This document shows, piece after piece, positions 49,563-62,820 of a stretch of 64,000 nucleotides of DNA; within the stretch, counting starts at the first letter, position 1; every line of letters begins with the position of its first letter. Both the position numbers and the translations under genes were made by a program. The notes beneath the pieces are model-generated. The model saw nothing but the letters and a program-made list of their open reading frames with translations. It searched no databases and had not been told where the DNA came from. The DNA comes from Magallana gigas (lineage: Eukaryota). The DNA lies in NCBI RefSeq assembly GCF_963853765.1, contig NC_088859.1:39122001-39186000 (forward strand), given 5' to 3'.

Positions 49563-52500
49563 TCATACGTCTGCCTTTCTTTTTTGACTCTTCTCTGGAG
49601 TTCTTGAGTAAATAGTCTCTTCTGTAAAATATATTTTTTAAAATACTATACAAAAATCTTTTCTACAAAGGACAACCTTTCAAATGTTCCAGTTTCATAC
49701 AACATTTAGAATCCCCTAAAGTAACGAATCATTTTTAGTTTGATGGGGTATGGTCATCTTTTTGGTCAAATATTTTTTCTTTTTTTCTTACCAGTCTGGG
49801 CAGACTCCGAAAACGGAGTAAATTTCTCAAAAGTAAAAATCCTCCGAAAAAGGAGTACAGCGCATGCGCAGTTAATAAAAATACCATATTTTTACGTGAA
49901 AACAAGGCACTCAGGAGAATTGATCGTGCAATGCGGATTATTCATATGCAGGTCTGAAAATAAGTTTAAATGTTTTATAAGACATGTTTCAACAGAATGT
50001 ATTTGACAAAAATATATGTTCGTTGGGCAAATCATGAAATTTTATTTGCTGTCAAAGTTGGTCAGTTCTGTTGGTCAATAACAGTGAATAAACTTATGTT
50101 TTTTCATGAGTTCACTATGATTAAAGACTATTCATGGGCTAGGGTGTAAAATAAACTAATACTGCAAGTTTTATATCCTGTTTGTAGTCATTACACCGTT
50201 CTGTTGATCATGTGATGGCTCGCTCAGTTGGCACTTCTTAAAACCTTGTATACATCGTAATTAGTCGTATTTTTTTAATAACATCACCTTCATTTAAGGC
50301 TTGAATACTTATATAAGTGCAACATTTAAATTTCCATCTCCATTCTTCAAAGTTTAAAATACGCCGAGCGTATGGTTGAACGAGACTAAATTGAACTCCG
50401 GCGTAGGAATACAAACGACTACAAAAAATATCTAAATTGTTCATACTATTCAAAACCTGACTATTTTCAAGGTATTTATAAATACGTTTCCTTGAAAATA
50501 AATGGTTCAGCATACAGTACACCAAATTTATCTGTTATTTTTAAGATCTAAGTCTTTAAGCGGTGATGATTTGTGCTTAGGTCCAAACACTGTTTCACTT
50601 TCGGTTTACCAGAGTAACTGCATAGGAGAGTTGATTAAAATCAACTCCCAAAAATAGAGAACTAAAATTTGGCCAAAATTGTGACCAAGCCTTTTCATGT
50701 TTTATTGGAGAAAGGGTTAAAAATATCTTCGCCAAAATACATTAACCAAGTCCTATTAATTTAATATCAAAATATATTACTGTAAAGTGGTTATTTACGC
50801 TGGTGGTTAAGTATGTTTTTTCTACACTCAAATAATACACGGGTATTAAATATGCAGATGCATAATTTACCACTCTAAAGTTATTTAAACCATATGCACG
50901 GGGGTATTTTACACCGTTTTAAGCTTACCGCTTAAGTAGTCAGGGGTAGTCCAGGGTTTTCATTGTTACATCATAAAATAAATTAAGTCGTCCAAACTTC
51001 TCACTAATTTCAGTTGGGGAGAAGTAATAAAGTATAAAATTTTGCCATAGGTTGGTCCTCAAATAAAACTATAGTACTTTTTTTGTAATTTTCCCAATTT
51101 AAACAGTTTACACGTCAATTTTCCCAATTCCACAGACCCTGGACCTAGTTTAAAAACAGTAGGAAAACCCCTGGTAGTGAAAATTTCCCCTATGTGTAAA
51201 TAACCAATTTTACAGTGGTATATTGAAACTGTTTCAAATTTATAAATGTGTTCTTAATTCCTACCAAAAAATATTCACCTTTTCTAGGCGTCCTTCTGAT
51301 TTCATGTGGCCATGCTTTTTTACATCCTTGCTTCGGACATTTCGGGTTCTCCTCTTTTTCAAACAGTTTGCTAGCACAGTGAAAATGAAGTTTAGTGCCA
51401 CATGACGGACAGGTCTGGCCCTACAAAGGAAGGACAAAGATGTATACCAATAATATCTGATGGAAGAATTATAGAATTGCCTCTTGCATATCTATAGCCC
51501 TTGAGCTACAATCAACTGATGGGCATGATCAAATGTGATGACTACTTCACAGATCATCAAAACCAATTAAAAGTAAAAAGAGTACATGTACAAGAATGTT
51601 TTACTGGTCAACCTTTAGACAGAGTTTTTTGCAGATGTTACATTTCTCCACATCGTCCTGGTAAATCTCCAGTATGTACTGGTCCAGTTCCAGGAGAGAT
51701 CTGGTGGCCAGACTTATTTTCCCATGAGTCTGTAGTGAATAAAAATCATCAAAACAACCAGGTAAAAACATGCAGAAGTGATGTTTTAATTCTTTTTTGT
51801 TCGTGCCCAACATTCTAAATATCAGTATTGCTCAAAGATGCAGATATTTTTTTTCATGAAAAAGATAAGCCTCAGCACGCACCATTTTGATCCACTTGTT
51901 TGTCTCGAGACGAGACAGGAGGTCCTCTGCATCATCTTTAGACAGCTTTTTGACATTTTCCAGTCGGCTGACGAGATTTAGTGTTTCGGTGGACCCAACT
52001 TCAGCATTGTCCGAGGCAACAATAATTTCAATCTATAATACAAAATATATTTTAATACAAAAGTTACATCATGAATTATTAATGTGAATTATGTGTAGAA
52101 TTAAAATTAGTTTACTAGTTTTAAATCAAACAAAAACACTCTACATTCAAAATTTATAATCAAACCCATGTAGCAAAAGAGCACATGGCTCAGTGGTCAT
52201 AAGTGTATCTATACTTACTAGCTTTTTAAAGAATTCCAATTCACTTGGTGTATAATCTGAAGCAAGCTTAGTTATCGTTGACTCACTAGTGCAAACCTGT
52301 GGAAATAAATATAAAAAATTGCCCAAAATCTTACATGAAATGAATAAAAATGACATTGACTTTGATTCTATTGCAATAGTCACCCCTATTATTTTACTTT
52401 AGATGCAAATTCATGATCAGTGATCATTGTTATTGAGAAGAAATGCTGTAAACACATTACCAGGCCATATGAACTTGAGCCATCGTCTTCACTGACCCCT

Positions 52501-53354
52501 TTTCTTATCTGCATGTGAAAGGGTTCTATGTGGTTGTTGATAGTTCTCACAAATTCCAGCAGTGGCGCTTGGGCTTCTCTTTCATTCTCTGGGTGTGGTA
52601 CTGCAACATATAACCAAACCTCCTCTTTATTTTAAATTCAGCCTGTCAACAGTCATCAACCTCTCTGCAGTAAAATGCCCAAAAGAATTAACAAACAAAA
52701 CAACATTTTGATCTTACTATTCCCCCTCCCATTTACAATGTAAACTTCATAATGGCTGTGTAACAAAACTAACATTATATAAATAGTGCCCGTTTGGGAG
52801 AGCAACTGTTGAAATTGACACCCTGAGACAACCATTGTTAACCGACGCGAAGCAACAGTTACCCTCCCAAACAGGCACTATTTATTTTATTATACTGAAT
52901 GTCTTAATTTTAAAGAAAATTTTCCTGCTTTTATATAGAAATGAAGTGAATTCTACGGCGAACCGTACACGCATAATTTACGCGCATGTAACAATTTGTT
53001 GTGTTACCCGTTGCTAACGCTGAGGGTAATAGAATGGATTACCAACTGAGTCTAAACCAATCAGATTTCAGTATAACATGAAAGTATAATAATACATTTT
53101 GTTACCCCATTCAATTATACTATAGCATATAGGATCCAGATAAAATACAAAGAAAGCAAAATTCTGTAGATAGCATACAGGTATACCGAAATCACATCAT
53201 TACATGCATGGTATAACTAAATTATTATAACAAAAGTACTTTTGTACTTCAGACAGCATATCTTGAAAAGTTGTTTGACTTCTTTGGCATTTAATATTCC
53301 TCTTGACATGAAAGACTGAAGGAAAAGGCGATGTCCATCGTTCATCTGTGTCAT
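49563..53354 (-). CDS. NSMCE1: Non-structural maintenance of chromosomes element 1 (SMC5/6 RING subunit), 266 aa
   Basis: Coding exons 53354-53240, 52600-52461, 52296-52219, 52032-51883, 51729-51613, 51420-51279 and 49621-49563 sum to 801 nt in frame. Motifs HRLFLQSFMSRG, IRKGVSEDDG, RSLLELDQYI, RING CNIC..CPSC..HFHC..CPKQGC, WPHEI. A probable non-coding first exon ends at 53495. Confidence 0.95.
50952..51173. mobile_element. Small MITE in the last NSMCE1 intron
   Basis: CAGGGTTTTC ... GAAAACCCCTG ends, with GTAGT next to both flanks. Confidence 0.55.
52774..53090 (-). mobile_element. Second, inverted copy of the 38089 hairpin element, with an approximately 36-bp deletion in one arm (copy B)
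   Basis: Colinear reverse complement of 38089-38460. GCGAAGC at 52847-52853 sits directly at the deletion breakpoint. It lies in an NSMCE1 intron. Confidence 0.88.
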
Positions 53355-53494
53355 AATCTAAATTGTTGAAAACAGAGAAAACTCGAATTAAACAATACCC
53401 AGATTGTTTTTTTTATTCATTTGTTTCGCTCTTTAAACAAAATGTATATTTAAAAATATGAGAAAATGACATATCTTGACTACTTATAGAATAC

Positions 53495-53761
53495 CTTAAA
53501 CTCTGATTCGATCAAAGTAGGCCTACTAAAATGTTTCGGTTTACGGTGTGAAGTTTCCCGCTCTTTGTCATCACTTTAAAAAATCTCCAACCCATTTTGC
53601 TCGTTCCTATATATTTCAAAGAACAGAGCTTTAAAACGTTATTTATGATTAAGATACTTTATTAAAAACAAATTTTATATACTCACTTTAAAAAATACAC
53701 CCATGAAAATTAAATTCGTTTAATACATAATACATCTAACATAATAAGAGATTTTTTTAAA
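53495..53761. promoter_or_regulatory. Bidirectional promoter region for NSMCE1 and DDX24
   Basis: Head-to-head genes, 407 bp between ATGs. A YY1-like AAAATGGCG overlaps the DDX24 start codon. Confidence 0.65.
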
Positions 53762-53987
53762 ATGGCGACCACCAGACACGTGAAACTCAACTCTGGTTGG
53801 AAAAAATTGGATTTAACCCCAGATTTGTTGTCTGACAAGGAGTTTGAATCATTGATCAGCTGCAAAGTAATAACAGATTACGAAATAGTGGATTCAAAGG
53901 ACTCGAAAAAGAGAAAGTTGTCAGTAAATGTAAGAAAATGAAATGTACACTCAAAGGGACGCAACTCTATAATGTTGATAGTCTGTC

Positions 53988-54054
<67 letters not shown>

Positions 54055-55653
54055 ATATATTAAGAATTTTTATCTATGATTAATCATTTATTTCTCCTTT
54101 AAAAAAAAAGAAATTAGATTTTATCAAAACTTCTGGACCAGACACCAAACGTGACAAAGCAAAGAAACGGGAAAAATCTAAAGACAAGAAGAAAGTAAAG
54201 AAATCAGCAAACTCAAACAGTGCAATTGATATTTCCTCTATATTGTTGGAAGACAGTGATAATCCTAAAAGTGCAAAAGAAAAAAATAAATCGAAATTGA
54301 AGAAAGATGCTGTCAAACAGAAATCACTTGAAAAGAATGGTCCTTGGACTGTAACTTCTGTGAAATCAGTTAAAGACCAAAATGGTGATTCTAATTTATC
54401 AAAGAAACTGAAAAAGGCAAACAAACACAGTTTAGTGGGAAACATATCAAATGAACCAAACCCTAACAATAGTGAAAAGAAGACTGCCAGGAAAAGGAAG
54501 GAGAAATTTGGTGAGAGAGATGTTTGATAATGTCATCTAACTACAGTATAATGTTTTTATCTTATATTCTGACATGAATGTTTATGAAACATTAAAAAAT
54601 ATTTTTACATTTCCTTTGTAGTCGATAGTTATTCAAGTGAAAGAAAAAGGATGAAGGTAATGGAAGAATCGGAGGAGGAAACAAAATCTCCAGATGATGG
54701 CAAGATTAATGGTAACTTTTCTGGGTGTACTAAGGCGTGATATTCCTGTGATTTCCAATTTACTGATTCATTTGTGTTTGTACATATATCTTATAAACTA
54801 CATTCAAAATGTTTTAATATTGCAGAGAAAATGGCTGCATGGAAAGATTTATTTGTGCCAAAGGAAGTTCTTCAAGCTCTCTGTAAAAGCAAATTTTTTG
54901 CTCCCACTCCAATCCAAGCTATGGCTCTGCCCAGTGCCATTAGAGACAGAAAGGATGTCGTAGGAGCAGCAGAAACTGTAATAGTTTATTTATGTATATT
55001 GTTTTTCTCAAAGGCATATGAAGAAAAATAATGACAATTTTAAAAGATAGAGAAATGAAAAAATGAAATCCTTGTTATTGAAGATATTCATAGGTAGATG
55101 TTGTTAGATTTATTATTTTTTAATTATCTCATGCATTGTTAATCATGATTAAACTCCAAGACTTAAAATTTTATTTGTTTTTTACCGGCAAAAAAGGACA
55201 GCCAGGAAAATTTAATGTTTCTTGCTATTCAGTCTAAACTTTGACAATCATTCAATTTATCTGTATATCATGCCAACAAAGAAAAATAAAATTTTTAGTC
55301 AGGTAGAGACATTTTGACAGTGTGGTGGGAGTAAATTTATTGTTGGCTAAACAAGAAAAGGAATTAACACACATGTTTTGTTTGTAGTGAAAGAGGTATG
55401 TGTTTGTCTTGATGTTTTGTAATTGACATTTGTATTATTACTCAATTTTAGGGAAGTGGAAAAACTCTAGCTTTTGGAATCCCAGTAATCCACAACATTC
55501 TTTTACGCAAAGAAAAGCAAGCTAAACATAGCATATCATCAGATGATGAGGAAGAGTGTGAAGAAATGAAGGACAGAGAAAAGGAAACAGGAGAGGAGGA
55601 GGAAGATACTGAAGAAAAAGGAAAGGAGGATGAAGAAGAAATAGAAATGTTAA

Positions 55654-55736
<83 letters not shown>

Positions 55737-58700
55737 ATAATGTTTAGTGAAGATTCTGATTTTGAAGGGGAAGAAAACCATAACTTGGGGAAGGTAAACA
55801 TTTGCGACATTCTTTAAAGTGCATGTTATATCTTTTTCACATTCATGTACATGTATAAAATTTCTATACTAGCTTTAAATTGTCAAGATTTAAAATATTG
55901 TTGACTTATTTTGTATATTACACTAGATTTGATGTTTCTTCTCTCCAGTCCTTGTTTGAGATGCTAGTATTCTGTTGTATATTAGGTGGGGGATTTAGGC
56001 TGTGTGAAGGTGATAGATGATGCTGACTTCTCTGAACTTGGCTTACCTGATGCAGGACCACTCCTTAAAAAATCCAATAAGTCTCCATTGGCTCTGATTC
56101 TCCAGCCAACCAGAGAGCTGGCTGTTCAGGTCAAAGATCATCTACAGGTGGCAGCAGCATACACAGATATCACGGTTTGTTCAGTTTCTTATACTGATGT
56201 TTTTTTTAATTATTATACCCCTCCCAACAAATTTAAATGGTGGTTGGGGGGGGGGGGGGGGTTGAGGAGGTGTATTATGATAGTTATAAAGTCACGATAG
56301 TTATAAAGTCATGTAGCAACCTGTTACAGATTGATACCTATCACACAAAATACAATACTTTATTGTCCAAGATGACAGGTGTAAATTTGACATTGACATG
56401 GTTTAAGATAAACAAAGTCTATATTATCAGAAATAATACACTGATATATCAGTTTTACTTTAAACTGCAATAAACATTTGTAACGTAACAAATTAATGGA
56501 AACATTTTCATCTAAAGAAACACTGTAATGTATTTTTGTACAAATCTGTTTTATGTAAAATTGCTTTACATGTAGATCGCTCCAATCCTTGGTGGAATGT
56601 CTGCAGAAAAACAGAAGCGGATTTTGAAAAAGTGTCCAGATATTTTGGTCGCCACACCCGGCCGATTATGGGAACTGATGTCACAGGTAAATAAATCCAC
56701 TTAAGTACATGCACTGACATATTTAGTGTTTGTCAGAATTCAAAGTCAAAGCTAGATTATTACTCCAGATTTTGAAAAGTAGTCATACTGCCTGTAGTTT
56801 TGCAATTTCAAAACTTTGAGTTTGACATCCATAACCTGTAAGATTTTTCTAAATGCTAGATAAGATGTAATTTTTCTTATCAATTAAACTTTTTGAATAA
56901 ATTAAAGGTAAACAGAAAACTGATGATAGATTTTGGCATCATGATGTGGTCCTCTGTATTTTATTATCTTGATCAAAAGATCAAATAATGTTTGATGTGT
57001 TAAGTGTACGGTATCACCATGATTTAACAAGATAGTACATGTACTGTATAAAGAAATTCCATCCATATAAATGTTGATCAACTGTTTTCATCAACACTAT
57101 GTTTTACTTTTATTTTGGAAGGATCCCTATTTGTCTCGCATTGATGAAGTAGACACTTTAGTTATAGATGAGGCCGACAGAATGATAGAGAAAGGTCACT
57201 TTGAGGAACTCACTCAGATTTTAAACTACATTAACAGGTAACTGTATAGAACAAAAGAATTAGTTCTCGCTGCCGGGTATATGATATGCTGAAAAACTAC
57301 CAAATTTCAACATTTCTGTTTGTTGGAATTATACTGTTGAATATTTGTATTGATTTATATTGTTATACTTGCAGGAATGAGAAGAAGAAAAACACACGAC
57401 AGACATTCGTCTTTTCTGCTACCTTGACCTTGGTACATAGTGGTCCTCAACGTTCATCTCACAAGAAGGTGACACTAACTGAGGAGAAGAAGCTAGGTAT
57501 GGGTGTTTGAAATTTGTTGTTTATTGATGAAAATAAAATTATCTTCTAAATACTAGATATCAATTCTGTAGATGACTGTTGTAGAGAAGTGTGTCTTCTA
57601 TTGGTGTTTGATTGTATCTTAGAAACCCTGATGAGTAGAATTCAGATGAGAGAGAAGCCCAAAGTGATTGACATTACCAGAAAGATTGGGACTGTGGAAA
57701 CTCTGACAGAGGCAAGGATCAACTGTACGCTGGAGGAGAAGGTAACACACTGGACAAGTGTGTGGGGGTGGGTTAGTGGGGAGGAAGGTAGAGAGGATGT
57801 GATTAAAGTTTGGGTTATTGGATCAACTGTATTATAGAGAAGTATGTAACATTCAGGACTCTTGTTGGTGTTAGAGCAAGGATAAAATTGATTAGGACAT
57901 CAGAGACTGAAGGAGTTTATTGGTGTTAGGCTGGTGGTACACAGGATCAAGGATGTAAATAATTTTGCTCTTTTTTTTTTTTTTTTACTTTTTTGTAATC
58001 AAGTGCTCTTAATTAATAAGAAGTCTGGTGTTTCTGAAAATTGAGGAGAAATATCATTTTTTCATTTGCAGCATTGTACCTACTACTGAACATTAATTTT
58101 ATTATTCTACATTAGTACTGTTGATTTGTTACAGGATCTATATCTCTACTACTTCCTGATCCAGTATCCAGGGCGCACCTTGGTGTTTGCCAACAGTAAG
58201 GACTGTATCCGTCGGCTTATATCCATATTTACACTCCTTAAGACAAACCCTCTCCCCCTACATGCCGATATGCATCAGAAACAGAGACTGAAAAACTTGG
58301 AAAAATTCACTGGTATGCCACACAGAATTCATAACTTATATAAAAAGAATTGTAAATCCAGTATGTTGTAGTATATGAAACACATTATTACTTTATATTT
58401 CTCAGCCAATGACAATGCAGTGTTACTGGCATCTGATGTGGCAGCTAGAGGACTAGACATTCCCAATGTGGAGCATGTCATTCACTACCAGGTCCCACAG
58501 ACTGTGGAGGTGAGCTGATTATTGTATAGTAAAGCAGAGACAGATGTTAACATATTCTTTTAAAGAATGGAGAATTTTACAAAAACAATTTCAATTTTTT
58601 TTAATTTTATGATATGAGAGAGGAGAGAAAGAGAGAGAGAGAAAGCGAGCAAGTATCATTTTGTCAGTATTGCTAACAAATCAATATCTAAATTTCATTT

Positions 58701-60519
58701 GAACTTTTGTCAGAATTACGTCCACAGAAGTGGCAGAACTGCTCGAGCCATGAAGGAAGGATTGAGTGTCATGCTGATCTCTCCAGATGATGTAAAAAAC
58801 TATCGAAAAATTGTCCACACCCTCAACAGAGGTTGGTTTCATCCAACATCCCCATTGTGTGTTCTTATCACCACACATTTTCAACATTTGCAAAAGACTT
58901 GAAATAAAGTATTCATGTAAAACAATAAACTAGAAATGTGCTGAGCCCCAGTCTTATATGTGTAATATGTACATATAACCTTTATGACATAAATCAAACG
59001 AAGTTGGCATCAGAAACCAATAACCATAAATAAAATAATGTCTTAATTTTCAAAGATGAAGATCTGCCTATTTTCCCAGTTGAACATCAACTTTTGTCAG
59101 TTCTTAAGAAAAGATTGAACTTGGCAAAAAGAATTGATACAGAAGAACATCGGTGAGTGATCTCCTGCTGTTTTGATCTTGAGAGTGTTAGGATTGAGTT
59201 TACCGGTACATAGGTATACATGCAACTAATGGAGTACCCTATCCTTGCAGGTTTAACAAGAAGAAGAGACAAAATGAATGGTTTGAGAAGGCAGCTAGAG
59301 AGATGGATATGCTAATGGATGATGAGGAACTGTATCTTTTATATATAGAGAGTTATTTCCCTCTACAGATTTCATTATTTCTTTGTGTGTGTAGATATAT
59401 AAGTTAATTTGTAAGAGCTGAGCTGTAGTTGCATGCTATTATTGCTGTACTCTGTCCAATTATGTATTGGGTTCATCATGCTAGCCACGCTGTACATACA
59501 ACAGGTTTTTTATCCATACACAGTCTTTGTTTTATTTTCATATGAATTGTCCTCAGAAGGTTTATAGAAGAGTAGAAAGTTTTGCATATCAGTCACATAC
59601 TATTTTCATATTAAATGCCCTCAGAAGGTTTAAACAAAAATAAAAAGTTTTGCATATCAGTCACAAACTCTGTAGGCTCATGTGAAAGATTTGAAATGTT
59701 CCACTTCATCACTACACAGGCGTAGGACTCTGCTCCTTCTTCAGTTTTAATAAGTGTAGCCTTTAATTAGATGACAATTTAGTTGCGCATAAAGGTCATG
59801 GGTTTAATTAAGTCTTATTTTATCGACAGCTAAAACTATGATTGGTCTTTTTATAATTTTTGCATGAAGGGTTGATGTCTGTAATGAGTGTTAATCCTTG
59901 ACCTGTTCAGTCTATCTGACCTAGGCGATTCTTTTGAGCGGTCTGGGAGAAAACAGGAACTACGACAGCTGAGAACGGAACTAGATCAGATGCTGAAACA
60001 GAGGCTCGCGCCTCACACCTTCTCTGGGAAATACCTGACCCAGTCAGGGAAACTGGAGCTACCAGCTAATGAAGGTACGCTGCCATGTCAATATATACAT
60101 CTAAACATTTCTTCTATCAATATGGTGAAGGGTATTACAGTAAAACACAGCTACAGCAAACACTCTTTTAATGATTTTTCATGCATACCACGCCTACAGT
60201 TTAATTCCCTTAATCTTATACATGTAATTGTATTATAAATCAAAACCATGTAATGCTGCTTAAAAGCTCTAGACAACACAATTAACAATGCATTTCCACA
60301 AACTTGTCATTTGGTTGATTTTACTGGTGGTTAGTACTGTTAATAATTAGTATAAATAATTGGTTTATGTCTTTCTTATTATATTTTGTTGTAGAAAAGA
60401 AAGATGCGATAAAGATTCTCAAAAAAGACAAAAAGTTACATGGTGATCTGGATTCCAATCAACAAAGCAAGAAAAAACTGAATGTAAAAAAGAAATCAAA
60501 GTGGAAAAAGAGAAAGTAA
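53762..60519 (+). CDS. DDX24: DEAD-box RNA helicase DDX24 (Mak5 ortholog), about 889 aa
   Basis: 17 in-frame exons: 53762-53923 (alternative donor after 53929), 54111-54510, 54622-54711, 54826-54977, 55452-55793, 55986-56174, 56576-56686, 57122-57237, 57375-57496, 57623-57741, 58135-58312, 58406-58509, 58714-58831, 59056-59152, 59251-59331, 59911-60074, 60395-60519. Motifs [52 protein letters not shown], plus the DDX24-type acidic insert after motif I. Confidence 0.95.
53992..54050. repeat. (CT)n microsatellite, about 29 units, in DDX24 intron 1
   Basis: Read directly from the sequence. Confidence 0.95.
55656..55733 (+). repeat. Pure (GAT)26 coding microsatellite encoding poly-Asp in DDX24
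   Basis: 78 nt of uninterrupted GAT, in frame in exon 5. Confidence 0.95.
59533..59668. repeat. 68-bp tandem duplication in DDX24 intron 15
   Basis: TATTTTCATAT..CCTCAGAAGGTTTA..AAAGTTTTGCATATCAGTCACA occurs twice, at 59533 and 59601. Confidence 0.85.
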
Positions 60520-60792
60520 AAATAAAATGTTTTTATTGAAATTAACAATTGTTTTGTTGTCATTTAGACCTCATGCTTATTTGTGTTCTCTAGCTGTTAA
60601 CCTGAAAAGTTAACAAAATCATGATGGTGTTAAATTACAGTCGTTACATTCTGAGGGTAGCCTCAGTATTAGATACAGATGTGTATTTACAAATATTTAA
60701 CATATAAAGTCCTAAAAGAGGACAAGTGATCAGAGACATAAATATTATTGTTATTGTTACATGTATTATAAATAAAGAATGGATAAAGGCTT

Positions 60793-61829
60793 TTAGGGCA
60801 TGAATTCAAATGTATTGCAAATCTGAGTAAAATTTTTTAACAAACCGAGAACTCCCGGAATTCCCGAGAAGTCTGCGTGAAGTTGTTGTAAAATGCCGGG
60901 AGGTGCGCTGACAGCGTACAGAGCGTAGTTCATACCGCAGTGAATGGCGCCACGGATGAGCTCCATGGGCACGTAATTCTCCACCCCTCGGTCGTACACA
61001 TACGTCACCCAGTTCACGGTCGACGCTGGGGTAGTAGAGCCGGCGACCGTACGGTAGCTCCGGTACGTGAAATAGTTATCGCGGACATAACTGAAAGTAC
61101 ATAGATATCAATTCATAGATACACGTAAAATGCGCTGAAACGTTTGACTTAGTATAAGCGGTACCCATCAACGCATTTTATAAAAAAAAATAGATTATAA
61201 AGATATTGTATGCAACATTGCTGCATGATTTATAGTCTTATCTGTAAGGATAATTAAGGAACTAAAAACAGAAATCCGAAAGGTTTTTAGTCTCATTCAA
61301 ATCATGTACATTACTGTATATTGAGATGACTAATAAGAATTATTTGTAAACCAAAATAATTCAACTCATTGCTTTTGAATTTCTTTAAAAAAAAATTTAC
61401 AATATAGATTTACAACGATATCGCTATCGGAATTTATCTTACCACTCTTTTTATAACAAAAAAATGAACATTAAATGAATAACAGAACAACCAAGAATTT
61501 AGATGATTAAGGGCTCTATTGTACTTGATAAAAGCAACTTTAAATGTTCCCATGGCATGTCATGTAAACTTGCATATCAATTGGTTAAAGCGTTGCATCT
61601 CAAGCTGTAACTATTCTCTCGTACACAATAGTGTATGTGTTTGACTTAATTTGGTTCCGATCTTCGGAGTATCGGTGACTTACTGTACTAGATAAGGACA
61701 ACCTTGACCCACGACATATGACAGGGCCCCTCGCTGGCTCACAGAGATCTCTTGTCTGTTCGGAATCCCTCGAACAATCCACTGGCTTGCACCCAGCATC
61801 ACAATAACATACAGCAGATTCCCTGTCAT
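60793..61829 (-). CDS. Uncharacterised small secreted protein, 147 aa, two exons
   Basis: Exons 61829-61684 and 61090-60793, joined by a CA|GTAAGT..TTTCAG|T phase-2 intron in frame. Predicted signal peptide MTGNLLYVIVMLGASQWIVRG. Exon 2 has markedly G/C-ending codons against an AT-rich background. Confidence 0.8.
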
Positions 61830-62820
61830 TCTACGCCGAGGTTCCCTCTGATCTCTTCCTTTGATAACGCGATAAAGGATTTTAATATCTCTCTTTGAAT
61901 TTTCCGGGTTCTTCAGTGTTTTCTTATCTCATACCTACGTTTGCAAACGTTAAGAAATGCCAACAAAAGATGAGGTCTGAAATGTGTTAATGTACGATAT
62001 GTTTTTATTGCGAAGTTGAATTATTTTCTCTAAAATCACTGCAGTTCATAATGTTGGAATGCTGTTTGACACTCTTGAAAGTTTTACAGTACTGTAAACA
62101 AAACAAAACATACCAAGAGCTCAACTTCTCTCGCGTGATTTCCGAGATAAACTAGCAACAGATTCCGTGTTAATTGGACTCCAAGGAAAATCTGAGAAAT
62201 AATTGGAACATTAAGAATGTAAAAAAAAGAACAGAAAAATAGGGTTTTCAAAATTTTTATAGATTAAATCAACTTTGGTGGTCCTTGTTTAAAAAGTAAA
62301 ACTTGCGTTGCCTACACTGATAGCGCGGCAACATCATGATGCCAATTTCAATCTTATTTGTCAGATATCAAGTTAACAAACCAGGTCTTTGATTAAAAGT
62401 GTGTTTTACGAGCCAAAACAGCTAGAACATATTTATAGCTTGCTGGTTTCCATTGATCAGCGCTTTGAACAGGGGTGCTCCTGTTATTATAACACGGGAT
62501 ATTAATAAGTATAATTGCTGCAGTAGTGGATTGTGAGATCAAAATGCCCCGCCGAGGTTATGCCAATTTCACTTATTTAATACAGCGTCGGTAATAAAAA
62601 TTACTTTTGCCCAAATTGGCGTCCAAGGTAATTACATTGTACATTCTGAACGCCCCCCTAACAACTCGAAGGTAGCCTGCTTTGCCTCTGAAAAGTTTGT
62701 ATACATAAATCCGTGCGTGCGAACATTTGATAAGGGGATTTTGTTTCAAGTTTTTATGATATTAAAAAAAAATTGAAGACATTCAGAATCAATGTTTCCA
62801 AGCCATGGTTCATTTCAATA

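Noticed and set aside
51310-51330. Suspected frameshift in the NSMCE1 RING exon at an A-run
   Set aside because: On recount the run has six bases and the frame continues into the conserved WPHEI, so the gene is intact.
55448-55810. Poly-Ser ORF on the - strand
   Set aside because: It is the antisense reading of the DDX24 (GAT)26 exon.
56687-59910. Intronic snoRNAs in DDX24
   Set aside because: I found no convincing paired C/D boxes with terminal stems, or H/ACA hairpins, by eye. A snoscan or Infernal run would be needed to exclude them.
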